A stretch of DNA of 64,000 bases from Candidatus Woesebacteria bacterium (GCA_013374855.1 CP055308.1:465833-529832), one strand, 5' to 3'; numbered from the stretch's first letter, positions 45,089-55,406 are shown. Notes: generated by a model not told the origin, from the sequence alone. Numbers and translations are program-made.

Positions 45089-47500
45089 ATGGAAAAAAGC
45101 ATAAGTAAATTAAAGTTGTTTAAGGATATCCCCGTTGTTGCAATTAGGGATTCTGTTGTTTTCCCCCATACCGACAACATTCTTAGTTTCGGACGTCCGA
45201 AATCTGTTTTAGCTGTTAATGCTGCTTTCCAGTCTAATCGAATAATTGCTATCTTTACTCAAAAAGATCCGGAAGTTCTTGATCCAAAATTGGAAGATCT
45301 TTATCCTGTTGGGACAGTTGCTACTATAAATCAAATGATGTCTTCTGAAGAAGAAGTCCATGCTCTTGTTAAGGGACAGGCAAGGGTTAGAATACAAAAT
45401 TTGAACAAAGCAGATCCCTTTATGTCTGCTGACATTGTTGAGATCGAAGATTTAATTGAAAAAGGCCCAGAGGTGGAAGCTTTATCAAGAAAAATTGTTC
45501 AATTATTCAAAAGAGCAGTAAAGCTTGGAAAACAAGCCGAGATCATTACTGTTATGAAAGTGGTATCAGGTCAGTCTACTCCTCTTGAACTTGCTGATCA
45601 AGTTGCATCCTTGCTTGAGGTAACAACTGAAGAAAAACAAATGTTTCTTGAAGATACATCTTTACTTTCACGGTTAAATAGAGTTTTTGAGGCTCTTTTG
45701 AGAGAAATTAATGTTCTGGAGATAGAGAGAAACATTAGTTCCAAGACTCAAAAGAAATTTGAAGATCAGATAAGGAAGGCAATGTTACGAGAAAAGAAGA
45801 GAGCGATTGAAGAAGAATTGGGCGAGGAGGAAAGTGGTGAATTGGATTCGGATGATCTTAAAATGTACAGAAGAAGAATAAAGGAAGCAAAAATGCCAAA
45901 GAATGTTCAAGAAAAAGCTGAGAAAGAACTAAAGCGCTTAATGCAGATGCCTGCCCAGAATCCTGAAAGCGGGTATATTAGGAATTATCTTGATTGGCTT
46001 TGCGATATGCCTTGGAGTGTTGAATCTCCAAATGATATTTCTATAAAAGAGGCAGCTCGGGTTTTGAAGAAAGAGCATTATGGTTTGGAGAAAGCAAAAG
46101 AAAGAATCTTGGAATATTTGGCTGTTATGAAACTTAAAAAAGGTAAAAAAGATGATGATGCTCAGCCTACTATTCTTTGTTTTGTTGGTCCACCTGGAGT
46201 AGGCAAAACATCAATTGGTCGTTCTATTGCCAAAGCTTTGGGTAGAAAGTTTGTACGCGTCTCCTTGGGCGGTATTAGGGATGAAGCGGAAATTAGGGGG
46301 CATCGTAGGACGTATGTTGGCGCTTTGCCTGGAAGGATTATTCAAGGCATAAAGAATGCAGGCACTAAAAACCCTGTTTTTATGCTTGATGAAATAGACA
46401 AACTTGGTGTTGATTTTAGAGGAGATCCATCTTCTGCATTGCTTGAGGCACTAGATCCGGAGCAGAACAAAGAGTTTTCTGACCATTATTTGGAGGTTCC
46501 TTTTGATCTTTCGAAGGTAATGTTCATTGCGACTGGAAATGTTGCAGAAAATATAATAGAGCCTCTAAGAGACAGGATGGAGATTATCCGTTTTCCCGGT
46601 TATACTCAAGACGAAAAACAAAAGATTGGCAAGAATTTTCTTTGGCCCAAACAGATTAAGCTTCACGGTCTTGAGGGTAAGAAAATTGATATATCAGATG
46701 AAGCGTTAAATGAAATAATTGAGAAGTATACCAGAGAATCTGGGGTGAGGGAGTTGGAAAGACTTCTTGCTTCGATTTGTAGGAAGATTGCCAAGAATGT
46801 GGCTGAGAGAAGAAAGTACCCGAAGGTTGTTGGAGTTTCTGAAGTAAGAAAACTCTTGGGCCCTCGAAAGTATTCGTCCCTGTTAGCTGAGAAGAAAGAC
46901 GAGGTGGGGGTAGTGACAGGTCTTGCAGTTACAGCGGCAGGTGGCGAAATACTTTTTGTAGAGGTAGTGTTAATGCCTGGTAAAGGTAAGCTATATCTAA
47001 CAGGTCAGTTGGGTGAGGTTATGAAAGAATCAGCGAAAGCTGCGTTTAGTTGGGCGCGTTCTCATTGGAAAGATTTTGGCTTGGAGAAAGATTTTGGTAG
47101 CAAGACTGATGTGCATATTCATGTCCCCGAAGGGGCTGTTCCCAAAGATGGCCCATCTGCTGGTGTTGCTTTAACTACAGCTTTAATTTCAGCTTTGACA
47201 GGCATCCCGGTTCGCAAAGATGTTGGAATGACGGGAGAAATTACTCTGCGTGGCAAAGTTATGGAAATAGGTGGGGTAAAAGAAAAAACAATAGCGGGTT
47301 ACAGAGCAGGATTAAAAATTATTATCTTGCCTTATGATAACAAAAAGGACTTGGAGGAAATCCCCTCTGAGGTAAAAAAGGGAGTTAAGTTTGTTTTTGT
47401 TAAAAGTATAGAGGAGGTTTTAAATATTGCTCTTAAAGAAAATCCATTTAAAGTTCCTAAGGTTAAGCCCCAAATACAATCTTTTCCCGCTTTAGCTTGA
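45089..47500 (+). CDS. lon: ATP-dependent Lon protease
   Basis: LON N-domain, AAA+ module (GPPGVGKTS, FMLDEIDK) and the S16 protease domain with the catalytic Ser in DGPSAGVALTTALISALTG and a Lys in the following segment. Confidence 0.95.
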   Translation: MEKSISKLKLFKDIPVVAIRDSVVFPHTDNILSFGRPKSVLAVNAAFQSNRIIAIFTQKDPEVLDPKLEDLYPVGTVATINQMMSSEEEVHALVKGQARVRIQNLNKADPFMSADIVEIEDLIEKGPEVEALSRKIVQLFKRAVKLGKQAEIITVMKVVSGQSTPLELADQVASLLEVTTEEKQMFLEDTSLLSRLNRVFEALLREINVLEIERNISSKTQKKFEDQIRKAMLREKKRAIEEELGEEESGELDSDDLKMYRRRIKEAKMPKNVQEKAEKELKRLMQMPAQNPESGYIRNYLDWLCDMPWSVESPNDISIKEAARVLKKEHYGLEKAKERILEYLAVMKLKKGKKDDDAQPTILCFVGPPGVGKTSIGRSIAKALGRKFVRVSLGGIRDEAEIRGHRRTYVGALPGRIIQGIKNAGTKNPVFMLDEIDKLGVDFRGDPSSALLEALDPEQNKEFSDHYLEVPFDLSKVMFIATGNVAENIIEPLRDRMEIIRFPGYTQDEKQKIGKNFLWPKQIKLHGLEGKKIDISDEALNEIIEKYTRESGVRELERLLASICRKIAKNVAERRKYPKVVGVSEVRKLLGPRKYSSLLAEKKDEVGVVTGLAVTAAGGEILFVEVVLMPGKGKLYLTGQLGEVMKESAKAAFSWARSHWKDFGLEKDFGSKTDVHIHVPEGAVPKDGPSAGVALTTALISALTGIPVRKDVGMTGEITLRGKVMEIGGVKEKTIAGYRAGLKIIILPYDNKKDLEEIPSEVKKGVKFVFVKSIEEVLNIALKENPFKVPKVKPQIQSFPALA

Positions 47501-47520
47501 TTTTCCAATGAATTGAATCT

Positions 47521-47597
47521 TGGTGCCGCCAGGGAGACTCGAACTCCCGATTTTCTGGTTGAGAACCAGACGTCCTAGACCACTAGACGATGGCGGC
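47521..47597 (-). tRNA. tRNA-Glu (anticodon CUC), CCA encoded
   Basis: The reverse complement GCCGCCATCGTCTAGTGGTCTAGGACGTCTGGTTCTCAACCAGAAAATCGGGAGTTCGAGTCTCCCTGGCGGCACCA has a 7-bp acceptor stem, anticodon loop TTCTCAA, T-loop TTCGAGT and a terminal ACCA. Confidence 0.9.
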
Positions 47598-47682
47598 TTA
47601 AGGCCTATTTTAGCATAATTTTGCTTTTTGTGATACAATTGCATCCTCAGGATTGAATTCTCTTTTAATGTTTTCTGGTTTA

Positions 47683-47711
47683 TTGACAAAGCTTACTACC
47701 GAAAATAAAAT
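47683..47711 (+). promoter_or_regulatory. candidate sigma70 promoter for greA (TTGACA-17 bp-TAAAAT)
   Basis: TTGACA at 47683-47688, a 17-nt spacer, TAAAAT at 47706-47711; about 55 bp upstream of the greA ATG. Confidence 0.45.
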
Positions 47712-47765
47712 TGTTTTTATTGACTTAAGTTAAGCCGTGTCAGACGGCGTTATTTTTTTAGAGGT

Positions 47766-48224
47766 ATGAATACGCAAGTTACCAAAGAAGGTTTGGAGGC
47801 TCTTAAAAAAGAGCTTGAGTTTTTGTTGGTTGAAAAAAGACCTAGTCTTGTTGAAAGATTGGCAGCTGCGCGTTCTCAGGGAGATTTGTCTGAAAATAGT
47901 GATTATCAAAATGCTAGAGAGGAGCTTGAGTTTTTAGATGGTAGAATTTCTGAACTTCAAGAAATTATTAAAAATGCTAAAGTTATTGATAATAATGCAA
48001 CTGCAAATTTAGCTGTTTGCCCGGGAAATTCAGTCAAGGTAAGGGTTGGAAGTCAAGAGGTTGTTTTTTGTTTAGTTGGCGATTGGGAGGCGAACCCCGC
48101 AGAGAAGAAGATTTCTGTTACTTCTCCTTTGGGTAAAGCTCTTCTGGGGAAAAAGAAAGGTGATAAGGTCGAAGTTGATGCTCCGGCAGGAAGGGTTATT
48201 TATGAAATTGTTGACATACTTTAG
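47766..48224 (+). CDS. greA: transcription elongation factor GreA
   Basis: N-terminal coiled coil with acidic tip residues (SENSDYQ) and the C-terminal FKBP-like domain; 152 aa. Confidence 0.9.
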   Translation: MNTQVTKEGLEALKKELEFLLVEKRPSLVERLAAARSQGDLSENSDYQNAREELEFLDGRISELQEIIKNAKVIDNNATANLAVCPGNSVKVRVGSQEVVFCLVGDWEANPAEKKISVTSPLGKALLGKKKGDKVEVDAPAGRVIYEIVDIL

Positions 48225-48290
48225 AGTTTTACTTGGTCCTAGCTTTGAAGGTTTCGTTTGAGTTTTTGAGCTTTTTCTTTTATACTTTCC

Positions 48291-49760
48291 TTGATGAAAA
48301 GGCGGTTAGAAAAGGTTAGAAAAGAACGTTTGGAAAAAATAAAAAAGTTGGAAAAATTGGGTGTTTCTCCTTATCCTACTTCAATTACTCTAATTGGAGA
48401 AAGAATCACAGCAGAAAAGGCTAAGAATTCTTTAGGTAAAGAAGTTTTAGTAGCAGGAAGAATAATGTCTTTGAGAAGTCATGGTGCTATTGTGTTTTTG
48501 GATTTGAAAGATTTTTCAGACTCAGTACAAGTTTTTTTTCAAAAAAGGGTTCTTGGTGATCGATATTCTCAAATTTTTCTTTTTGATATTGGTGACTTTA
48601 TTGCTGTCAAGGGAAGGGTTGATAAAACACAGGCTGGGGAGATTACTGTTTTTGTTTCGGATTTTCAATTTTTGTCAAAAGCTATAAGACCTCTTCCTTC
48701 TTCTTGGTATGGTTTAAAAGATGTTGAGGAAAGGTACCGAAAAAGATACCTTGATATCTTGTTTAACAAGGAAGTTAAGGAGAGGTTTTTGTTAAGAACA
48801 AAACTTGTTAGGGAAATAAGGAACTATCTTGATAATCTTGGTTTTCAGGAGGTTGAAACCCCTACACTACAGCCTCTTTATGGTGGGGCAAACGCTAAAC
48901 CATTCAAAACCCATCTTAATGCTTTGGATTGCGATATGTACTTAAGGATTGCTGATGAGCTTTATTTAAAACGGCTTTTGGTGGGTGGGTATGAGAAGGT
49001 GTATGAAATTTGTAAAGATTTTAGGAACGAGGGAATGGATTTAACTCATAACCCTGAGTTTACTATGATTGAATATTATGAGGCTTATGCCGATTATCAT
49101 AGAGTAATGGATGTAACGGAAGGTCTTTTTAAGCATTTGGCTAAGTCTATCTTTGGGAAGATGGAGATTGAGGTTGGGGAAAAGAAAATTGATATTTCTA
49201 GAAGATGGCCTCGGGTTAAGATGGTTGATGTTATAAGGGAAAAGCTTGGTATTAATGTCTTGCAAGAATCTAAGGAAAGTTTAATTAAGTTTTGCGAGGA
49301 TAATTCAATAGAACTGATTGGTGGGGAGGAGAAAGGGCAGTTGATTTATACCATCTTTGAGCATAAGGTTACAGACCTATTGGTTGATCCTATTTGGGTT
49401 ATTGATTACCCGGAGTCTGTTAGCCCTCTTTCTAAGGGCAAAAAAGATGAGCCTGGTTGGGTAGAAAGATTTGAAGGTTATATTGGAGGGAAAGAAATTT
49501 GTGATGGTTGGAGTGAGCTTAATGATCCTTTGGTGCAGCGTGCTCGTTTTGAATCAGATAAAAAAGCTGCGAGAAAGGACAAAGAGGAGGCTCAACAGGT
49601 GGATGAGGATTTTTTGGAAGCGATGGAATATGGTATGCCTCCTATTGGTGGTATAGGTATAGGTATAGACAGGCTAACAATGTTTTTTACTAATACCTGG
49701 AGCATTAAGGAAGTTATAATTTTCCCTACTATGCGTCCTTTAAGGGGTAAAAAGAGTTAA
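48291..49760 (+). CDS. lysS: lysine--tRNA ligase (class II)
   Basis: N-terminal OB anticodon-binding domain and class II motifs 1-3 (FRNEG, GGIGIGIDRL). Confidence 0.95.
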   Translation: MMKRRLEKVRKERLEKIKKLEKLGVSPYPTSITLIGERITAEKAKNSLGKEVLVAGRIMSLRSHGAIVFLDLKDFSDSVQVFFQKRVLGDRYSQIFLFDIGDFIAVKGRVDKTQAGEITVFVSDFQFLSKAIRPLPSSWYGLKDVEERYRKRYLDILFNKEVKERFLLRTKLVREIRNYLDNLGFQEVETPTLQPLYGGANAKPFKTHLNALDCDMYLRIADELYLKRLLVGGYEKVYEICKDFRNEGMDLTHNPEFTMIEYYEAYADYHRVMDVTEGLFKHLAKSIFGKMEIEVGEKKIDISRRWPRVKMVDVIREKLGINVLQESKESLIKFCEDNSIELIGGEEKGQLIYTIFEHKVTDLLVDPIWVIDYPESVSPLSKGKKDEPGWVERFEGYIGGKEICDGWSELNDPLVQRARFESDKKAARKDKEEAQQVDEDFLEAMEYGMPPIGGIGIGIDRLTMFFTNTWSIKEVIIFPTMRPLRGKKS

Positions 49761-49763
49761 GTT

Positions 49764-50351
49764 ATGCAGGATTTGGGTATTCCCTACGATAAAGCACTAA
49801 GCCTTCTTGATGAGTATGTTAAGAATAAGATAACCCGTCTTCATTTGATTGAATCAGAAATAATAATGCGTGCTGTAGCCAAAAGATTGGGGGAAGATGA
49901 GGAAGAATGGGGGATCATCGGTCTTTTGCATGATATAGATTGGGATCTAACTAAAGAGAAACCAGATGAGCATTGCATAAAAGCAGCAGAAATTCTAAAG
50001 AGAGAAGGAGCTAGTGATTTTTTGATAGAAACAATTCAATCACACGCTTGGGGAAAATGGGGAGTACCTCATTTTGCCAACAAGGAAAGGCAAACTCCTC
50101 TTCAGCATTTGTTGGCAGCTTCAGAGACTCTAACAGGACTTATTGTGGCTTGTGCTTTGGTAATGCCTGATAAAAAATTGGCAAGTGTAAGTCTTTCTTC
50201 TCTTGAGAAAAAGTTCAGGTCACCTAGTTTTGCCAGAAATTGTCGGCGAGAAATTATAGCTGAATGTGAACTTGCAGGAATTCCTTTGAATGAATTTTTA
50301 TCATTGTCTTTGAATGCCATGAAAGCAAATGCCGAAAGATTGGGTTTGTAG
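49764..50351 (+). CDS. HD-domain phosphohydrolase
   Basis: H...HD motif (GLLHDIDW) plus a downstream His; 195 aa. Confidence 0.7.
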   Translation: MQDLGIPYDKALSLLDEYVKNKITRLHLIESEIIMRAVAKRLGEDEEEWGIIGLLHDIDWDLTKEKPDEHCIKAAEILKREGASDFLIETIQSHAWGKWGVPHFANKERQTPLQHLLAASETLTGLIVACALVMPDKKLASVSLSSLEKKFRSPSFARNCRREIIAECELAGIPLNEFLSLSLNAMKANAERLGL

Positions 50352-50362
50352 TATAATAGGTT

Positions 50363-51601
50363 ATGATAGATATTAATTTATTGCGTCAAGACCCTGATTT
50401 TTTTAAGAAAACAACCCGTGATAAAGGTTTTGATGAGTTGGTTGTAGATAATTTGTTGAGAGTTGATAAAAAAAGAAGAGAGCTGCTTTCTGATATAGGA
50501 TCCCTTAGGGCTAGAAAGAATAAGCTTACAGAAAAAGATAGAGACGAAGGTAAAAAAATTAAGCTTGAGATTAAAAATAAAGAATTAGAATTTGAGGGAA
50601 TTGATAGACAATATAAAGAATTAATGCTAAAGATTCCCAATCCTTCAGCTCCTGATGTGAAGGTTGGTTCTCCTGAGGAAAATGAAGTTTTGCGCCAGGT
50701 GGGCAAAAAACCGCAATTTGATTTTGAAGTTAAGGATCACTTAGAAATAGGGGAGTTAACAGATACAATTGACATTAAACGCGGAGCAAAAGTAGCTCAA
50801 TCTGGTTTTTATTATCTTAAAGGTGATGGGGCTTTACTTGAGCTTGCTTTGATTAGGTTTGCTTTTGACAAGCTGGTTAAGCATGGTTTTCTGCCTGTGA
50901 TAACCCCAAATGTAGCTAAAGAAAGAAATATTGTGGGATGTGGTTTTCAGGCGCGTAGCGAGAAAGAAAGACAAATTTATCATGTTGAGGGAGAAGATTT
51001 AGATTTAATAGCAACTGCAGAAATTACACTTGTTGGAATGCACACAGATGAAGTGTTTGAGGAAAAAGATTTACCCAAAACTTATGTTGGTTTTTCTTCT
51101 TGCTATAGGACAGAAGCTGGCAGTTATGGGAAAGATGTTAGGGGAATAATGAGAGTGCATGAGTTTAGAAAAATAGAGATGGTTGTTTTTTGTCTGCCGG
51201 AAGAGTCGGATAAGTGGCATGATAAACTCCTTTCTATTGAAGAGGAGATATGGAAGGATCTGGAGATTCCCTATCGGGTGGTGAAGATGGCAACAGGAGA
51301 CTTGGGAAATGCTGCGGCAAGAAAATACGATATTGAAGCTTGGATTCCTTCGCAGAATAAGTATCGTGAGGTAACTTCAACAAGCAATACTACCGATTTT
51401 CAAGCAAGAAGACTTAATATAAAGTTTCGAAGAAAAGGTTCTCTTGAGTATGTTCATACTCTAAACGGTACAGTTTTGGCATTTGGTAGGGCAATGGTTG
51501 CGCTTTATGAGAATTATCAAAATGAAGATGGGTCGGTTAATATTCCTTCTGTTTTAAGACCTTATTTTAACAAGGAAAAGATAGACATTTCTTCTAAGTA
51601 G
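50363..51601 (+). CDS. serS: serine--tRNA ligase
   Basis: N-terminal coiled-coil arm and class II core (motif 2 FRTEAGSYGKDVRGIMRVHEF; motif 3 GRAMVALYENYQ). Confidence 0.95.
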   Translation: MIDINLLRQDPDFFKKTTRDKGFDELVVDNLLRVDKKRRELLSDIGSLRARKNKLTEKDRDEGKKIKLEIKNKELEFEGIDRQYKELMLKIPNPSAPDVKVGSPEENEVLRQVGKKPQFDFEVKDHLEIGELTDTIDIKRGAKVAQSGFYYLKGDGALLELALIRFAFDKLVKHGFLPVITPNVAKERNIVGCGFQARSEKERQIYHVEGEDLDLIATAEITLVGMHTDEVFEEKDLPKTYVGFSSCYRTEAGSYGKDVRGIMRVHEFRKIEMVVFCLPEESDKWHDKLLSIEEEIWKDLEIPYRVVKMATGDLGNAAARKYDIEAWIPSQNKYREVTSTSNTTDFQARRLNIKFRRKGSLEYVHTLNGTVLAFGRAMVALYENYQNEDGSVNIPSVLRPYFNKEKIDISSK

Positions 51602-52163
51602 CTACCTAATATATTTTAGAAGTTTTAGATAGGAAGTTTTATCTAGTATCATTTAGCAATAAAAGCATCGAAAACAAGGGGTGATTCTTGAATACTCTCA
51701 ATTTTTTGGAAAACTTATGATCCACAGTGTTATGGTCTATCCTTGGGAAATACTGGAATATGAATAAAATGAATTTGAAGTAAAAATCTCAAAAAATATA
51801 ATGACAATTATTATACTTGTTGAATATAAGTGGATAAAAAAAATTTTAAGCAAGAACAATCCTTCTTGATTTTTCCACACGCTGTAGCCCAATCTACACT
51901 TATTAAAAAGTATTTGAAAATAAATAAGAACTCTAAATAGGTTAATTAAGAAATATACTTAATAGAAAATAATAAAGTGCAAGCTTTTCCCCAAACTTGA
52001 TTCACTATATCTAACATTTTTGATAACAAATTGATTGAACATCTGCTATTCAAAAACAGCTATAAAGCCTATGATCCTATTATCCTTAGATTACCTGATT
52101 GAAAAATTATCAGTTTCTTGGCAATTTGCGGTATTTTTATGACTTCTTGACTTTTTCTACCTT

Positions 52164-52838
52164 TTGTTTATCATTAACTTAATGAGGAAATTTTCTTTAT
52201 TGGTGTTATTTATTTTATTTTTTGTTTTGGCAAAATCCTCTTTTGCTCTTCCTATAAATGCACGTCCTTATGTTAATAAAAACGTGGTTGAATCAGTTGA
52301 CGTTTCACCAACTCCTTCTTCTAAAATTGCCCCTCAACAAATAAGGGTTAACACCAGAGAGAAAGTTCAGGAAAGGGTAAAAGCTATGCTTGATGGCGAG
52401 AGACTCCGTGCTTGCCAGGCAAGACAGGAAGCGATTAAAAATAGGCAGCAATCTCTTGTGAAGCTTGCAACAGGGCATCTTAGGAGAATTGATGATTGGG
52501 TGAATCTCTTGAAGATCTTTTATGAAGAGAAGCTTGTTCCACAGGGGGTAGAAATTGAAAATTATGATGAAATTTTGTCAGAAATTGACGAAGCAAGACA
52601 GAATGTTGTTTCTTCTTTAGATGAAGCTTCAGGATTGGCAGATGAGTTTAGTTGCGAAAGTGATGATCCGAAAGGTCTCTATAATCAGTTTAGGGAGTCT
52701 ATGCAGGAGGTAAAAATGAATTTGCAAGAATACAGGAAAGCTGTTAAAGATTTGCTTGTGGCAATAAGAAAAGTTGCTGGTGAAGCAAAATCTTCACCAA
52801 AGCCAACAGCAACGGTAATTCCAACCCAAGAAGATTAA
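52164..52838 (+). CDS. secreted hypothetical protein (signal peptide, helical/coiled)
   Basis: N-terminal signal MRKFSLLVLFILFFVLAKSSFA, then charged helical sequence; no motif. Confidence 0.45.
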   Translation: MFIINLMRKFSLLVLFILFFVLAKSSFALPINARPYVNKNVVESVDVSPTPSSKIAPQQIRVNTREKVQERVKAMLDGERLRACQARQEAIKNRQQSLVKLATGHLRRIDDWVNLLKIFYEEKLVPQGVEIENYDEILSEIDEARQNVVSSLDEASGLADEFSCESDDPKGLYNQFRESMQEVKMNLQEYRKAVKDLLVAIRKVAGEAKSSPKPTATVIPTQED

Positions 52839-52841
52839 AGT

Positions 52842-53135
52842 ATGAAAGATAAAAGAAACTTAATAATTTTATTATCAGTTGCTTTTGTTTTAGCTTTTGT
52901 GGTTGTTCTGATAACCAGAGCAGGGTTTTTAAGAAAATCCCCCAAACAGGAAAAACCAGGTACAGGCCTGCCTGAGAGCGTTGAGAGGTATTACCAAGAG
53001 TCAGCCCCAAAAGAGCCCACTTCTCCTATAAAAGACGACTCTGATTTAGAAGCGCTTTCTGATGAAATTGATTCTACCTCTTTTGATTTTGACTCTGACC
53101 TTCGACAGCTTGATAAGGATTTTGCTTCTTTCTAA
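52842..53135 (+). CDS. small membrane-anchored acidic protein, hypothetical
   Basis: 97 aa; one TM helix, acidic D/S-rich tail. Confidence 0.4.
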   Translation: MKDKRNLIILLSVAFVLAFVVVLITRAGFLRKSPKQEKPGTGLPESVERYYQESAPKEPTSPIKDDSDLEALSDEIDSTSFDFDSDLRQLDKDFASF

Positions 53136-53188
53136 TTTCTCACTTTCCCTTTTGTCTTTTTGCTAGTTTAACTTCATCTTTCTTTTGT

Positions 53189-53220
53189 TTTGTTTCGATG
53201 TATTAATACATCGAAACAAA
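53189..53220. repeat. perfect 32-bp palindrome TTTGTTTCGATGTATTAATACATCGAAACAAA (copy 4, CGATG subtype)
   Basis: Exact dyad; in the gap between 53135 and the operon starting at 53233/53326. Confidence 0.9.
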
Positions 53221-53325
53221 GTTAGCTAATAATTGCGGGTTTTTAAAAATTTTTCTAGTGCGATCCTTCAGTTGTTTTTCAGGATTTGGTTTTATATTTG
53301 TTTTAACAAGAAGGGAGGTGAGAGT

Positions 53326-53718
53326 ATGAAAAATTTGATTGTTGTTTTGCTTGTCGTGCTGGGAGTTTTGTTTGTCTTATCTATTGGTTTTTTGATGGGG
53401 AAAAAATTTAATTTAATGAGTTACCGTTTTAATAATTCTCCTGCTTATGGGTTTGGAGGTAGATTTGGAATATACAAAAGAGGTTTTGAAAGACCTATGA
53501 GGATTGCTAGAGGGGGATATGCAGAAGTAGTAAAGAGGAATGGTAATAAGTTAACTCTCAGATTTTCCAACGGCTTTGAAAAAGAGGTAGAATTATCACA
53601 AGATACTACCGTTTATGTGCAAACTAGGGGTAGTTTAGATGATCTAACTGAAGGAAGCAAAATTTTAGTGAAAGGTATTGAAGGATTAGACCAGGTGATT
53701 GTAGTTGAAAAACAATGA
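53326..53718 (+). CDS. small membrane-anchored beta-rich protein (paralog of 58614..59030)
   Basis: Strong RBS GGGAGGTGAGAGT before the ATG at 53326 (track ORF 53233 extended upstream). One TM helix, then NGNKLTLRFSNGFEKEVELSQDTTVYV...LTEGSKILVKG...VIVVE, which aligns by eye with KSITVKLPDGSSKIVFLTDSTVISK...LKAGEKISAFG...TVVASNIQ of the 58614 protein. Confidence 0.55.
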   Translation: MKNLIVVLLVVLGVLFVLSIGFLMGKKFNLMSYRFNNSPAYGFGGRFGIYKRGFERPMRIARGGYAEVVKRNGNKLTLRFSNGFEKEVELSQDTTVYVQTRGSLDDLTEGSKILVKGIEGLDQVIVVEKQ

Positions 53719-54380
53719 AAGTCTTGATTGTAGAGGATGAGCACAGAATTGCCTCTTCTATTAAGAAGGGGCTGGAGATGGAGAATTTTGTGGTAGATGT
53801 GGCCTATGACGGTGTAGAAGGTTTGGATTTAGCATCAACTGGAGATTATGATTGTGTACTTCTTGATTTGATGCTGCCTGGAATGAATGGTTTGGAAGTA
53901 TGTCGCCGCTTGCGAGAAGAAAGAATTCATACACCTGTTCTTATGTTAACTGCCAAAGGGGAGTTGGATGATAAGATAAAAGGTTTTGATGTGGGAGCTG
54001 ATGACTATCTGACTAAACCTTTTTCTTTTGAAGAATTGCTGGCAAGAGTTCGTGCGTTGACTCGACGATCGCAAACAGTATTTCATCCAGTTTTGGAAGT
54101 CGATGACTTAAGATTGGATAGCCGTTCTTTTGAGGTAATCAGACAAGGTGTGAAGATTTTGTTATCCAGAAAGGAGTATGCAGTACTTGAGTATCTTATG
54201 CGAAACAGAGGGAGAGTAGTTAGTAAAGACGAGATTATCAGTCATGTGTGGGAGTATGATGCTGACATCTTACCCAATACGGTAGAAGTTTTTATTAAAA
54301 ATCTGCGTCGTAAGATAGATAGACCCTTTGAGAGAAATCTGATTAAGACTGTAAGAGGTTTTGGTTATAAGATTGATTGA
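53715..54380 (+). CDS. OmpR-family response regulator
   Basis: Receiver domain (VLIVEDE, phospho-Asp in LLDLMLPGMNG, KP loop) and winged-helix output (VRGFGYKI). Confidence 0.9.
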   Translation: MKVLIVEDEHRIASSIKKGLEMENFVVDVAYDGVEGLDLASTGDYDCVLLDLMLPGMNGLEVCRRLREERIHTPVLMLTAKGELDDKIKGFDVGADDYLTKPFSFEELLARVRALTRRSQTVFHPVLEVDDLRLDSRSFEVIRQGVKILLSRKEYAVLEYLMRNRGRVVSKDEIISHVWEYDADILPNTVEVFIKNLRRKIDRPFERNLIKTVRGFGYKID

Positions 54381-54383
54381 TAT

Positions 54384-55406
54384 ATGTTTAATGAAGCTCG
54401 TCTGAAACTTACCCTTTGGTATCTTTTAATTCTGATGCTTATCAGTTTTGGTTTTAGTGTGGTTATTTACAAAGTCTTGGATTCAGAGTTGAATAGATTT
54501 TCGTTTGCTCAACGGATGCGTTTGGAAAACCGTTTCAGAGAGTTTCGTAATCCTAATTTTGAATATTCACCTCGTTTATTTATGACCCCCGATTTGGTAG
54601 ATGAAACAAGGAAGAGAATAGTTCTTTTTTTGTTTTTGATAAATGGAGGGATCTTGGTTGCAGGTGGTACTCTTTCATATTTTCTTGCTGGTAAGACTTT
54701 GAAGCCGATCGAAGAAATGGTGAGTCAGCAAAAACAGTTTATTTCTGATGCTTCTCATGAATTTAAGACCCCACTTGCTTCTCTTAAGACATCTTTAGAA
54801 GTGGCTTTGAGAGACAAGAATTTAGATTTGGCTGAATCTAAAAGAGTGTTAAAAGATAATCTTGTTGAGGTGGAGAGGTTGCAAAAGTTAACAGAAAATC
54901 TTCTTGTTCTTTCTCGTTACGAGGCTGAAGGGAAAGGAAAAAGGAACTTATCAAGAGTAAATTTTTCTTTGATTTTTGATGAGGCCTTAAGGCGAGTAAA
55001 GCCGTTGCTGAAGGCAAAGGGGATAAGACTAAAAAAAGATATTAGGGATGTTGAGTTTTTGGTGGACGCTGAAAGTATGGTGGAACTTTTGGTTGTTCTG
55101 CTGGATAATGCGATAAAGTATAGCTACAAAAAGGGAATAGTGGAAGTTGTTTCTTATGCTAAGAGAAATTTTTTGTTTTTTGAAGTTAAAGATTATGGAA
55201 TTGGTATTAAGCCCGAAGATCAAAAACATATTTTCGATCGCTTTTACAGAGCTGACAGTTCTCGTCAGAGCAATGAACGGCAAGGTTTTGGAATTGGTCT
55301 TTCTCTAGCAAAAAGAATAGTTGAAAAGCACAAAGGAGAGATATTTGTGAAAAGCAAGTTTGGGAAAGGAAGTGTTTTTGTGGTAAAAATACCACTCTCC
55401 TCTTAG
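54384..55406 (+). CDS. sensor histidine kinase (two TM helices with a loop of about 55 aa)
   Basis: H-box SDASHEFKTPL, N box (LDNAIKYS), G1 (VKDYGIGI), G2 (GFGIGLSLAKRIVEKHKGEI). Confidence 0.9.
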   Translation: MFNEARLKLTLWYLLILMLISFGFSVVIYKVLDSELNRFSFAQRMRLENRFREFRNPNFEYSPRLFMTPDLVDETRKRIVLFLFLINGGILVAGGTLSYFLAGKTLKPIEEMVSQQKQFISDASHEFKTPLASLKTSLEVALRDKNLDLAESKRVLKDNLVEVERLQKLTENLLVLSRYEAEGKGKRNLSRVNFSLIFDEALRRVKPLLKAKGIRLKKDIRDVEFLVDAESMVELLVVLLDNAIKYSYKKGIVEVVSYAKRNFLFFEVKDYGIGIKPEDQKHIFDRFYRADSSRQSNERQGFGIGLSLAKRIVEKHKGEIFVKSKFGKGSVFVVKIPLSS

